From: an uncultured Chloroflexia bacterium
GTDB taxonomy: Bacteria > Chloroflexota > Limnocylindria > Limnocylindrales > CSP1-4
DNA length: 64,000 nt
Assembly: GCA_963749735.1 (NCBI GenBank)
Contig: CAVVNZ010000009.1
Location: forward strand, 131,923-195,922
Reading direction: 5' to 3'
In this document: piece after piece, positions 45,997 to 54,558 of the stretch
How positions within the stretch are numbered: the first letter of the stretch is position 1
How the letters are laid out: the number at the start of each line of letters is the position of its first letter
Notes under the pieces: generated by a model
Told to the model about the DNA's origin: nothing
Seen by the model: the letters and a program-made list of their open reading frames with translations, nothing else
Databases searched by the model: none
Position numbers and translations under genes: made by a program

Positions 45997-47094
45997 ATGG
46001 CGGAGACCGTAGCACACGTCGTCGGGGCCAGGCCCAACTTCATGAAGGCAGCTCCGGTCATCCGCGGTCTCGCCGCGCGGTCCGTCCCGCAGGTCGTCAT
46101 CCACACCGGGCAGCACTACGACGACAAGATGTCCGACGTGTTCTTCCGGGACCTCGGGCTGCCCGAGCCCGACCTGAATCTCGGGGTCGGGTCGGGCACC
46201 CACGCCGGCCAGACCGCCGCCCTGATGGTCGAGCTCGAGAAGGCCGTCGCCGCGCTCGATCCGGCGCTCGTCGTGGTCTACGGCGACATCAACTCGACCC
46301 TCGCTGCGGCGATCGTCGCGGCCAAGCTCGGCCGGCCGATCGCCCACGTCGAGGCCGGTCTGCGGAGCTTCGACCGGACGATGCCGGAGGAGATCAACCG
46401 GGTCGTGACGGACGTCCTGGCCGACCTCTTGTTCACCACCAGTCCGGAGGCGGAGACCAACCTCGTCCGGGAAGGGATCGACCCCGGTCGGATCCACTTC
46501 GTGGGCAACCCGATGATCGACACGCTGCTGGCGAACCTGGCCCGGTTCGATGTCGCCGCGGCCCGGTCGCGGCTCGGCCTGGAGGGCCGCTACGGGGTGG
46601 CCACCCTCCACCGACCGGCCAACGTGGACGATCCGACGACCGCCGGCCTGGTCGTCGCGGCCGTGCGCGGCGTCGCGGAGCTGGTCGAGCTGGTCATCCC
46701 GCTCCACCCGCGCGGCCGGGCGACGCTCGAAGCCGCCGGTCTCGGCGACGACCCGCGCGTCCATGTCATCGACCCGCTGGGATACGTGGAGTTCATGTCG
46801 CTCGTCCGCGGAGCGGCCGTCGTCGTCACGGATTCGGGCGGGATCCAGGAGGAGACGACCGTCCTCGGTGTGCCCTGCCTCACGCTACGACCCAACACGG
46901 AACGCCCGATCACCATCAGCCACGGGACGAATCGGCTGGTCGAGCCGGACGGCGTCGTTGCGGCGACTCGTGCCGTCCTCGACGGGTCCGTGCCGATCCC
47001 AACGGAGCCGCCACCGCTGTGGGACGGTGCCGCCGGCTCGCGGATCGCCGCCATCGTCGAACACTGGCTGGCGGCCCCGGCCGCGGTCCGCTAG
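45997..47094 (+). CDS. wecB: UDP-N-acetylglucosamine 2-epimerase (non-hydrolysing)
   Basis: VVGARPNFMKAAPV..HTGQHYD..MSDVFFRDLGLPEPD..LGVGSGTHAGQTA..DSGGIQEETT. ATG after GGGAAAGGAA. Confidence 0.9.
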   Translation: MAETVAHVVGARPNFMKAAPVIRGLAARSVPQVVIHTGQHYDDKMSDVFFRDLGLPEPDLNLGVGSGTHAGQTAALMVELEKAVAALDPALVVVYGDINSTLAAAIVAAKLGRPIAHVEAGLRSFDRTMPEEINRVVTDVLADLLFTTSPEAETNLVREGIDPGRIHFVGNPMIDTLLANLARFDVAAARSRLGLEGRYGVATLHRPANVDDPTTAGLVVAAVRGVAELVELVIPLHPRGRATLEAAGLGDDPRVHVIDPLGYVEFMSLVRGAAVVVTDSGGIQEETTVLGVPCLTLRPNTERPITISHGTNRLVEPDGVVAATRAVLDGSVPIPTEPPPLWDGAAGSRIAAIVEHWLAAPAAVR

Positions 47095-47106
47095 GCCGAG
47101 ACCGGG

Positions 47107-47112
47107 TATCCT
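47107..47112 (+). promoter_or_regulatory. putative -10 box TATCCT upstream of wecC
   Basis: The sequence ccgggTATCCTctc lies 86 nt before ATG 47199, which has a GGAGGA SD. Confidence 0.25.
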
Positions 47113-47198
47113 CTCGCGGTGCGCTGCGCCCCGCCTGCCCTGTCCGCGGCGCCGGGTGCGCGACCCCGGCATCGCCGGTGACCGGACTTGGAGGACCC

Positions 47199-48503
47199 AT
47201 GACTGAAGACCGTCGCCTGGCCGTGATCGGCCTGGGCTACGTCGGGCTGCCGCTCGCGATCTCGTTCGTCGAAGCGGGGCTCGAGGTCGAGGGCGTCGAC
47301 GCCCACTCCGGCCGGGTCGCCGAGCTGAGCGCCGGACGCTCGCCCATCGACGACATCCCGGATTCACGGTTGACCGGCGCGATCGCGGCCGGGATGCGGG
47401 TCGTCGGGACGGATGCCGCCCACCTGGCCGATGCCGACGTCATCTTCGTCTGCGTCCCGACCCCCATCGATCAGGCCAAGGACCCGGACCTCGGGCCGGT
47501 CCTGTCGGCGGCCGAGCTCATCCGACGTCACCTGCGCAAGGGCCAGCTCGTGATCCTCCAGTCGACGACCTTCCCGGGCACGACCACCGGCCCGTTCCGG
47601 AAGGTCCTCGAGCAGAGTGGCTTCATGGCCGGCCGCGACTTCGACCTGGCGTTCGCACCGGAGCGGGTCAATCCGGGCGACCCGGCCAGCGCCGCCAAGG
47701 ACGTCCCGCGGCTGGTCGGTGCGACCACGCCGGAGGCGACGATCCGCGCGGCGACCCTCCTGCGAAAGATCAACAACGCGGTCATCGAGCTGTCGTCCCC
47801 CGACGCCGCCGAGCTGGCCAAGCTCCTCGAGAACATCTTCCGCAACGTCAACATCGCGCTGGTCAACCAGCTGGCTCTGCTGTGCGAGCGGATGGGGCTC
47901 GACGTCTGGGAGGTCATCGGCGCCGCGGCGACCAAGCCGTTCGGGTTCATGCGGTTCACTCCCGGCCCGGGCGTCGGGGGACACTGCATCCCGGTCGACC
48001 CGTACTACCTGGCCTGGCGGGCGCGCGAGTTCGACTTCGTCGACCGGTTCGTCGAGCTCGCCGGCGACATCAACTACGCGATGCCGCGCCACGTCGTGGA
48101 CCTCGTCGCCGAGGGTCTGAACGATCGCGGCAAGGCGCTCAAGGGCGCTCGCGTCGGCGTCCTCGGGGTGGCCTTCAAGCCCGATGTGCGCGACGCGCGG
48201 AACGCTCCGGCGGCGGCCATCCTGGCCGGGCTTGCGTCGCGCGGCGCGGACGTCAGCTATCACGACCCGCATGTGCCGCGCTTCCGCGACACCGACGGGG
48301 TGGCGCGCGATTCCGTCGCGATCGAAGGCGTCCTGCGCGGGAGCGACGCCGTCGTCGTGGTCACGCCGCACAAGGCGATCGACTGGGAGCACGTGTACGC
48401 CACGGCCGGGCTGGTCATCGATACCGTCGACAGCTCGCACGGCCGGACGACGACCGACCGCCAGGTCCTCCGGCTGGGCGCCGGGTGGACGGTCAGGGCG
48501 TGA
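47199..48503 (+). CDS. wecC: UDP-N-acetyl-D-mannosamine (or UDP-GlcNAc) 6-dehydrogenase
   Basis: LAVIGLGYVGLPLA..VCVPTP..PGPGVGGHCIPVDP..GVAFKPDVRDARNAP. Adjacent to wecB. Confidence 0.85.
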   Translation: MTEDRRLAVIGLGYVGLPLAISFVEAGLEVEGVDAHSGRVAELSAGRSPIDDIPDSRLTGAIAAGMRVVGTDAAHLADADVIFVCVPTPIDQAKDPDLGPVLSAAELIRRHLRKGQLVILQSTTFPGTTTGPFRKVLEQSGFMAGRDFDLAFAPERVNPGDPASAAKDVPRLVGATTPEATIRAATLLRKINNAVIELSSPDAAELAKLLENIFRNVNIALVNQLALLCERMGLDVWEVIGAAATKPFGFMRFTPGPGVGGHCIPVDPYYLAWRAREFDFVDRFVELAGDINYAMPRHVVDLVAEGLNDRGKALKGARVGVLGVAFKPDVRDARNAPAAAILAGLASRGADVSYHDPHVPRFRDTDGVARDSVAIEGVLRGSDAVVVVTPHKAIDWEHVYATAGLVIDTVDSSHGRTTTDRQVLRLGAGWTVRA

Positions 48504-50710
48504 CCGACGCGCAGGGTGCCGTGGAGGGAACGAGTCCGAACCCGTTCGCGATGAGCCCGGCCGACCTCTCGCTCGAACGTCGCGTCAGCCTGTTCATCCT
48601 GGCCGCGACCCCGATCCTGTTCCTGCTCTTCCTGGCCCTGACCCCGCCGGTGAACCCGACGTTCGACGACGCCAAGTACATCGCGGTCGGCCGGAACTTC
48701 CTCGACGGCAACGGTCCGATCACGGACTTCGGGGTGACCTTCCTCAAGCATTCGCCGCTATGGCCGATGATCATCGCCCTCCCGGAGAAGGCGTTCGGGA
48801 TCCACCCGGTGGCCACCGGCCACCTGATCAACGCCCTGAGCGGCGCTCTGACCATCGTCCTGGTGGGCTTCCTCGGCTGGCGGGTCCGGCCGGCCATCGG
48901 CGCGATCTCGGCGGTCCTGTTCGCCGGCCTGCCGTACGTCTTCGACATCGCCCGGACGGCCGGCATCGACCTGCCCTCGATCATGCTCACGCTGCTCTAC
49001 GTGATCGTCGGGTTCAGCGTCGTCCGGACGGGAGCGCTCTGGCGCGCGGTCGTCCTCGGCGCGATCTTCGCGGTCGCCTTCCTGATCAAGGAGACGATCT
49101 TGCCGTTCGCGATCGTCCCGTTCATCCTCGGCGCGATGTGGGGGGTGCGCTGGACGAACATCGTCCGAACCGCCGCGGTGACCCTGGCGACGGCCGCCGT
49201 CGGGATGTCCTGGTGGTTCGTGATGTTCGCGGGCTACACCCACCTGGTGTACCGGGCCGACTTCCCCGACTGGACCCTGCTCCCGAGTGCGATCGTCGTC
49301 GTCGTCTTCCTGGTCATCGGCCTCGCTGCCGAAAGGATCGCGACCGGGATCGATCGTCGCGGCTGGAACGCGGCGGCCGCGCGCCGGATCCCCGCCCGCC
49401 TCCGGGATCGGACCGTCCTCGGTTGGCTCGCCGTGCTCGCCTGGTTCGTGCTCCTGACGATCTTCTTCGGTCGGACCCCGAAACTGCTCGGCGCATCGCT
49501 GTTCGACCCCCGCCAGGTCGCCTACATGGTCTCCCACTCGCTCGGCTCGGTGCGCCTGGCATTCGCCTATGGGCTCGGCACCTTCCTCGTCGTGGCGGAG
49601 CTCATCCGGGACCGCCGGCGGGTCGCCCAGGCCAGCAGTGACGCACTCGTGACGATGATCTGCGGGATCCCCCTGGTGTTGTTGGTGATCGGTGTCGGCG
49701 AGACCCCGCGGCACTACATCCAGGAGCTGGCCCTGGTGATCGTCACCGGAACGATCGGCTGGTACCACGGGCTGCTGCGGCTGCGCGAACGCGACCGGCT
49801 GACCGCCGGTCTGGTCGTCGGGCTGGCCGTCCTCGCCGCCGCCATCCTTGCCCTTTCGACGCTACAGCGGATCTCCCCCAGGGTGATCGTCGCCGGACTC
49901 GTCGGCGTCACCGTGCTCGTCGTCGCGTCCTTCGTGGTGGTGCGCTGGCTGCGCAGGCGCGGTCGCCTGTCCGCCATCGGGGTCGTCGCGACCGCCGCGG
50001 TGTTCGTCATCGTCATGGGCGCCGTCGGCGTCCGGGCGGTGCGCATCCCGGGGATCGCCAGCGCCAACGAAGCCAGGGCCAGCGCCGATACGATCGCCTG
50101 GATCAAGGCCAATGTGCCAAAGGGCGGGACGGTCGCGTTCGGTCCGTACCTGAGCATGGAGACCTCGATCGACCTGCCGGCGGAGTACAAGGCGATCCAG
50201 GTCCGGCACTACCTCGCGGTCGACGACCCCAAGGCGCCGCTCGGCCTTCGGAGTGCCAGCGGGACGGCCACCGACTACGTGGCCGTCGACACCGCACCGA
50301 TCAAGGCGAACCAGTTCAACGTCTACTCGTCGAGCCTGATGACCCGGCTCCTCAAGGACAACCAGGCGCTCTACTACGTCTATCCGATCACCCGGGCGAG
50401 GTCGTCGAAGATGGTCCTCAACGTGCTCACGCCCGAGAACGGCTTCACCGAGGTCGACACCCGGTCCTATTCGGGTCCGAGCGACACGATCGACGTCCAC
50501 ACCTACAAGGTGGATCTCGACAGGCTCCACATCCCAGCCGACAGGATGTTCATCGCGGCGGACGCGCTGGAGCGGCTGGTGATCGATCTGGAGGGCGATC
50601 CGGTGGCAGGCGCGACCGCGGCCGGTAACCTGCTGAACGCCATCGTCCCCCCGGCGGACGGCTCGGAGACTGCGCTGCTCGACCGGCTCAAGAAGCTGGC
50701 GGGTCGCTGA
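48500..50710 (+). CDS. GT-C fold membrane glycosyltransferase (ArnT/PMT-like) with ~230-aa C-terminal extracytoplasmic domain
   Basis: About 12 TM segments. First-loop acidic motif TFDDAKYIAVGRNF. Soluble C-terminal domain. GTGA overlap with wecC. Confidence 0.7.
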   Translation: MTDAQGAVEGTSPNPFAMSPADLSLERRVSLFILAATPILFLLFLALTPPVNPTFDDAKYIAVGRNFLDGNGPITDFGVTFLKHSPLWPMIIALPEKAFGIHPVATGHLINALSGALTIVLVGFLGWRVRPAIGAISAVLFAGLPYVFDIARTAGIDLPSIMLTLLYVIVGFSVVRTGALWRAVVLGAIFAVAFLIKETILPFAIVPFILGAMWGVRWTNIVRTAAVTLATAAVGMSWWFVMFAGYTHLVYRADFPDWTLLPSAIVVVVFLVIGLAAERIATGIDRRGWNAAAARRIPARLRDRTVLGWLAVLAWFVLLTIFFGRTPKLLGASLFDPRQVAYMVSHSLGSVRLAFAYGLGTFLVVAELIRDRRRVAQASSDALVTMICGIPLVLLVIGVGETPRHYIQELALVIVTGTIGWYHGLLRLRERDRLTAGLVVGLAVLAAAILALSTLQRISPRVIVAGLVGVTVLVVASFVVVRWLRRRGRLSAIGVVATAAVFVIVMGAVGVRAVRIPGIASANEARASADTIAWIKANVPKGGTVAFGPYLSMETSIDLPAEYKAIQVRHYLAVDDPKAPLGLRSASGTATDYVAVDTAPIKANQFNVYSSSLMTRLLKDNQALYYVYPITRARSSKMVLNVLTPENGFTEVDTRSYSGPSDTIDVHTYKVDLDRLHIPADRMFIAADALERLVIDLEGDPVAGATAAGNLLNAIVPPADGSETALLDRLKKLAGR

Positions 50711-50714
50711 TCCC

Positions 50715-51968
50715 GTGACGACGCCGGCGGCGCGGACGGCCCGGGTCCGCCCGGTCTGCATGATCGTCCACTCGTACTACGAGGAGGACCCTCGGGTGCG
50801 CCGGGAGGCCGAGGCCCTGGTCGCCCGTGGCCGACCGGTCGATGTGATCGCCCTGCGCCAGCCCGGCGATCCGACCGACGGTGAGCTCAACGGTGTCCGC
50901 ATCAAGCGCCTCGGTGTCCAGCGCCACCAGGGGGCCGGGTTGTGGGTCTACCTGCGGGAGTACCTCGGCTTCCTCGTCCGGGCCGGCTGGGCGGCGTCCC
51001 GGGCACACCGGCGCCGTCGGTACGGCGTCGTCCAGGTCCACAGCCTGCCCGACTTCCTGGTCTTCGCGGCGCTCCCGCTGAAGCTGGTCGGGGTCAAGGT
51101 CATCCTCGACCTCCACGAGGCGATGCCTGAGTTCTTCAAGACCCAATTCCCGAACGTCCGCAGCCCCGTGGTCCGGCGCGCGCTGCTCCTGCAGGAGCGT
51201 CTGTCGATCGCCTTCGCGGACCAGGTCCTGTCGGTCAACGAGCTGATGGCCGACCGCCTGCTCGGACTTGGCGTCGATCCGGACAAGCTGACGATCGTGC
51301 CGAACTCGCCGAACCTCGACCTGTTCGACCCGACCGCTCACCCGCGCCGGACGTTCCGCCAGGACGGCTCCCTGCGGGTCGTCTACACCGGTGCGCTGAC
51401 CCCGACCTACGAGCTCGATGTCGCCGTGGACGCCATCGCGCGCCTGGCGACCTCGCGACCGGATCTCGACATCCGCCTCGAGCTGTACGGCCGGGGCGAC
51501 AGCGAGGAGGCGCTGAGGCAGCAGGCCGCCGGGCTGGCGATCGCCGACCGGGTCACCTTCCATGGACGGATCCCGATCGAGGACGTGCCGGCTGCGGTGG
51601 CGGCGGCCGACATCGGGATCGCCCCGACCCGACTGGACGAGTTCACCGCGGTGAGCCTGTCGACCAAGGTGTTCGAGTACGGAGCGATGATCAAGCCGGT
51701 CGTCGCGTCCCGCCTGCCCCTGGTCGACCGGACCTTCCCAGCGGAGGAGGTCCTGACGTATCCGTCGGGTGACGATGCGGCGCTCGCTGCTGGGCTCGAG
51801 CGCCTCGCCGACGATCCACTCGAGCGAGAGGCGAGAGTGGCGAAGACGGCCGCCCGCGTGGCGGACATGGGCTGGGCCCACGAAGCGGGCCGATATGCGG
51901 CCCTCATCGATCGGCTCATGCCGGAGACAGACCCCGATCGCACGGCCGACCATGGCTCGCGACCCTGA
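50715..51968 (+). CDS. GT4-family glycosyltransferase
   Basis: VCMIVHSYYEEDPRVRREAEALVARGRPVDVIAL. C-terminal half has VSLSTKVFEYGAMIKPVVAS. Confidence 0.8.
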   Translation: MTTPAARTARVRPVCMIVHSYYEEDPRVRREAEALVARGRPVDVIALRQPGDPTDGELNGVRIKRLGVQRHQGAGLWVYLREYLGFLVRAGWAASRAHRRRRYGVVQVHSLPDFLVFAALPLKLVGVKVILDLHEAMPEFFKTQFPNVRSPVVRRALLLQERLSIAFADQVLSVNELMADRLLGLGVDPDKLTIVPNSPNLDLFDPTAHPRRTFRQDGSLRVVYTGALTPTYELDVAVDAIARLATSRPDLDIRLELYGRGDSEEALRQQAAGLAIADRVTFHGRIPIEDVPAAVAAADIGIAPTRLDEFTAVSLSTKVFEYGAMIKPVVASRLPLVDRTFPAEEVLTYPSGDDAALAAGLERLADDPLEREARVAKTAARVADMGWAHEAGRYAALIDRLMPETDPDRTADHGSRP

Positions 51969-54558
51969 TCCTCGGCCGCCGGACGAACCCGGACGCGACC
52001 GTGAGGTCGAGTCCCTCCAGCGAGCGCTCGAGCGTCAGCAGGCGATCGCCCGACGCGAGGCTCGTCGCTCGGAAGAGGAGCTGCGCGCGGCCCGGGCCTC
52101 GTTGCGATCGACCCGCAGCCAGCTGGCTGGGATCGAGCGGCGTCGGTCGGTGCGGTTCGCGCTGGCGCTGGCCGACGGGGGCCGCGCCATGGGCCGACGG
52201 CTCGGCGGTCTTGGTCACCGACTCGATCCGCGGTCGATCGTGCGCCAGCCCGCTCCCTCGGAGCGCCTCGAGGCGACGGACTCGGATGTCGCGCACTTCC
52301 TGGAGAGATTGACCTCCGATCCCCTCGCCGGGGCTCCCACGTCGGGCCCGTTGGTGTCGATCGTCATGCTCAACCGCGACGGGGCGTCCCTTCTCCGTCG
52401 GTGCTTGCCCGCGATCGCGTCGACTGCCTATCGCGACATCGAGCTGATCGTCGTCGACAATGGATCCAGCGATGACTCGCTCGCCGTCATCCGGTCGACC
52501 GAAGTCCCCTTCCCGGTCCGGGTCATCCGCAATCGTCACAACGCGTCGTTCTCGGACGGCAACAACCAGGCCCTGGCCGACTGCCACGGCGATCTGATCC
52601 TGTTCCTCAACAACGACATCGAGCCCATCGGAACCGACTGGCTCGGCCACATGGTCCAGTCGATCCTCGAGCCTGGCGTCGTCGCGGTCGGAGCTCGGCT
52701 CGTCTATCCGCGGCGGACCCGTCAGGTTCGGGCCGGCCTGCGATTCCCGGACCTGAGCCTGCAGCACGGCGGCATCGACTTCAGGCTGGTCGACGGCGCA
52801 CCGGTCCCACGTCCGATGGGCGCGGGTGAGGACGCACTCAGCGCATGGGCGTCAGCCGTCCGCGACGCGCCCGCCCTCACGGCGGCGTGTCTGCTGATCG
52901 CGCGTAGCTCGCTCGATGCGGTCGGCGGCTTCACGACCGGTTACGACTACGGCCAGGAGGACGTCGACCTCTGTCTGAAGCTGCACGAGCTGGGCGGCCG
53001 TCTCGTCTACGACGGCCGAGCGACGCTGTGGCACCACGAGTCTGCCAGCCGGGAGCTCGGCGAGCGGGCGACGAGGGCTGCTCGAGTGGCGGCAAACCGG
53101 GACCGCTTCGTCGGCGCGTGGGCTCCCTGGTTGTACCGGACCGTCCTCCTGGATGCGATCCGGGGGCGATCGTTTTGGCGGCGCGATCCGCTCCAGGTCG
53201 CGTTGGTCCTCGGCCCTGATCGACCGAGCGGATCGCTTCTCGCCGGGGACGGCGCGGGCGAGGGTGACGATGGCCGGGGTTGGGTCATCCGCCCGTTCGC
53301 GCCCGACGGCCCGACGGAACCGCCGCTCGACGTGATCGTCGTCGGCGAACCCGATCTCGACGTCCGCGGGGTGCCCGCCGGCGCCATCCGGGTCGCGTGG
53401 GTCCAGGGTGCCGTCGACGCCTGGATGGCGACCCCGTGGTTCGACGAATACGACCTCGTCCTGGTCGCGGATGAGCGTGACGCGGAGCGGCTGGACCGAC
53501 GAGGGGTACACCTGGCGCGGCACCTCCCGAGCCTGTCGGTCGGCGAGCTCGCGACGATCCTCGAACGATGGATCGAGGCCGCCAGGTTCGGTCTCCGGAT
53601 CGGCGTCCCGTCGTGGGACGTCGCACCATCTTGGGGCGACCTCCATGTCGCTCACGGCCTGCAGCGGGCGCTCGAACGGGCGGGCCATCCGACGCGGATC
53701 CATCTGCGACCGGAATGGGCGTCGTGGACCGCGGCTCGGGACGATGTCGCGGTGCACGTCCTCGGGCTTTCGGACGGGCAGACCCGACCCGGCCAGCTCA
53801 ACGTGCTGTGGCAGATCAGCCACCCCGACCTGGCCGATGCCGCCCTCTACGAGCGGTACGACCACGTCTTCGTCGCCTCCGGATCGTTCGCCGACTGGAT
53901 GCGCACCAGGGTCACCGTTCCGGTCGATGCGCTGCACCAGGCCACGGACCCGGATCGGTTCGAACCGACCGCCGGCGGGCCACCCCACGAGCTCCTGTTC
54001 GTCGCGAACTCGCGCGGCGAGCGCCGTCACCTGCTCGACGACCTCCTGCCCACGGACAGGGATCTGGCCGTGTACGGCCGCGGCTGGACGAGCGAGCGCC
54101 TGGAGCCACGCTACCTGGCCGGGGAGATGGTGCCCAACGACCAGCTCGCGCGGTACTACGCCGCGGCCGGGATCGTGCTGAACGACCACTGGGCCGACAT
54201 GCAGCGTGAAGGGTTCCTGTCGAATCGGCTCTACGACGCCTCGGCGGCCGGGGCATTCGTCATCTCGGACGACATCGACGGGCTCGAGGCCGAGTTCGAC
54301 GGCGGGATCGTGTCGTATCGCGACCGGGAGGATCTTCGGAGTCTGATCGATCACTTCCTGGATCACCCCGAGGAGCGCAGGCAGCATGCCGAGCGGGCAC
54401 GAGCGGCCGTGCTCGCCCGACACACGTTCCGGGCTCGTGTCGACGAGCTGCTCTCCCGGCTTGGGCCCCTGGAGGTCGGGCGACGAAGAGCGAGGTCGTC
54501 CGGCCGGGACCCGAACGCTGACGAGACGTCGCTGCCCGACGGTCGGACGGGTGGCTGA
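51952..54558 (+). CDS. three-part protein: N-terminal coiled coil, GT2 domain, C-terminal CgeB-like (Glyco_trans_1_2/DUF3880-like) domain
   Basis: ESLQRALERQQAIARREARRSEEELRAARASLRS; VSIVMLNRDGASLL..ELIVVDNGSSDDS..LFLNNDIEP; LLFVANSRGERR..VYGRGW..YYAAAGIVLNDHW..GFLSNRLYDASAAGAFVISD. Confidence 0.8.
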   Translation: MARDPDPRPPDEPGRDREVESLQRALERQQAIARREARRSEEELRAARASLRSTRSQLAGIERRRSVRFALALADGGRAMGRRLGGLGHRLDPRSIVRQPAPSERLEATDSDVAHFLERLTSDPLAGAPTSGPLVSIVMLNRDGASLLRRCLPAIASTAYRDIELIVVDNGSSDDSLAVIRSTEVPFPVRVIRNRHNASFSDGNNQALADCHGDLILFLNNDIEPIGTDWLGHMVQSILEPGVVAVGARLVYPRRTRQVRAGLRFPDLSLQHGGIDFRLVDGAPVPRPMGAGEDALSAWASAVRDAPALTAACLLIARSSLDAVGGFTTGYDYGQEDVDLCLKLHELGGRLVYDGRATLWHHESASRELGERATRAARVAANRDRFVGAWAPWLYRTVLLDAIRGRSFWRRDPLQVALVLGPDRPSGSLLAGDGAGEGDDGRGWVIRPFAPDGPTEPPLDVIVVGEPDLDVRGVPAGAIRVAWVQGAVDAWMATPWFDEYDLVLVADERDAERLDRRGVHLARHLPSLSVGELATILERWIEAARFGLRIGVPSWDVAPSWGDLHVAHGLQRALERAGHPTRIHLRPEWASWTAARDDVAVHVLGLSDGQTRPGQLNVLWQISHPDLADAALYERYDHVFVASGSFADWMRTRVTVPVDALHQATDPDRFEPTAGGPPHELLFVANSRGERRHLLDDLLPTDRDLAVYGRGWTSERLEPRYLAGEMVPNDQLARYYAAAGIVLNDHWADMQREGFLSNRLYDASAAGAFVISDDIDGLEAEFDGGIVSYRDREDLRSLIDHFLDHPEERRQHAERARAAVLARHTFRARVDELLSRLGPLEVGRRRARSSGRDPNADETSLPDGRTGG

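Noticed and set aside
44152-47094. 980-aa forward ORF (similarly 47882..50710, 37207..39528, 25728..26912, 26258..27499 and 21614..23092 as drawn in the track)
   Set aside because: Only the 3' parts match protein families (wecB from 45997, GT-C from 48500, GT4 from 38152, rmlD from 25983, rmlC from 26909, mreB from 22034). The 5' extensions overlap neighbouring genes out of frame and translate to junk. Starts were moved to internal ATG/GTG codons that form NTGA overlaps or follow SD or -10 elements.
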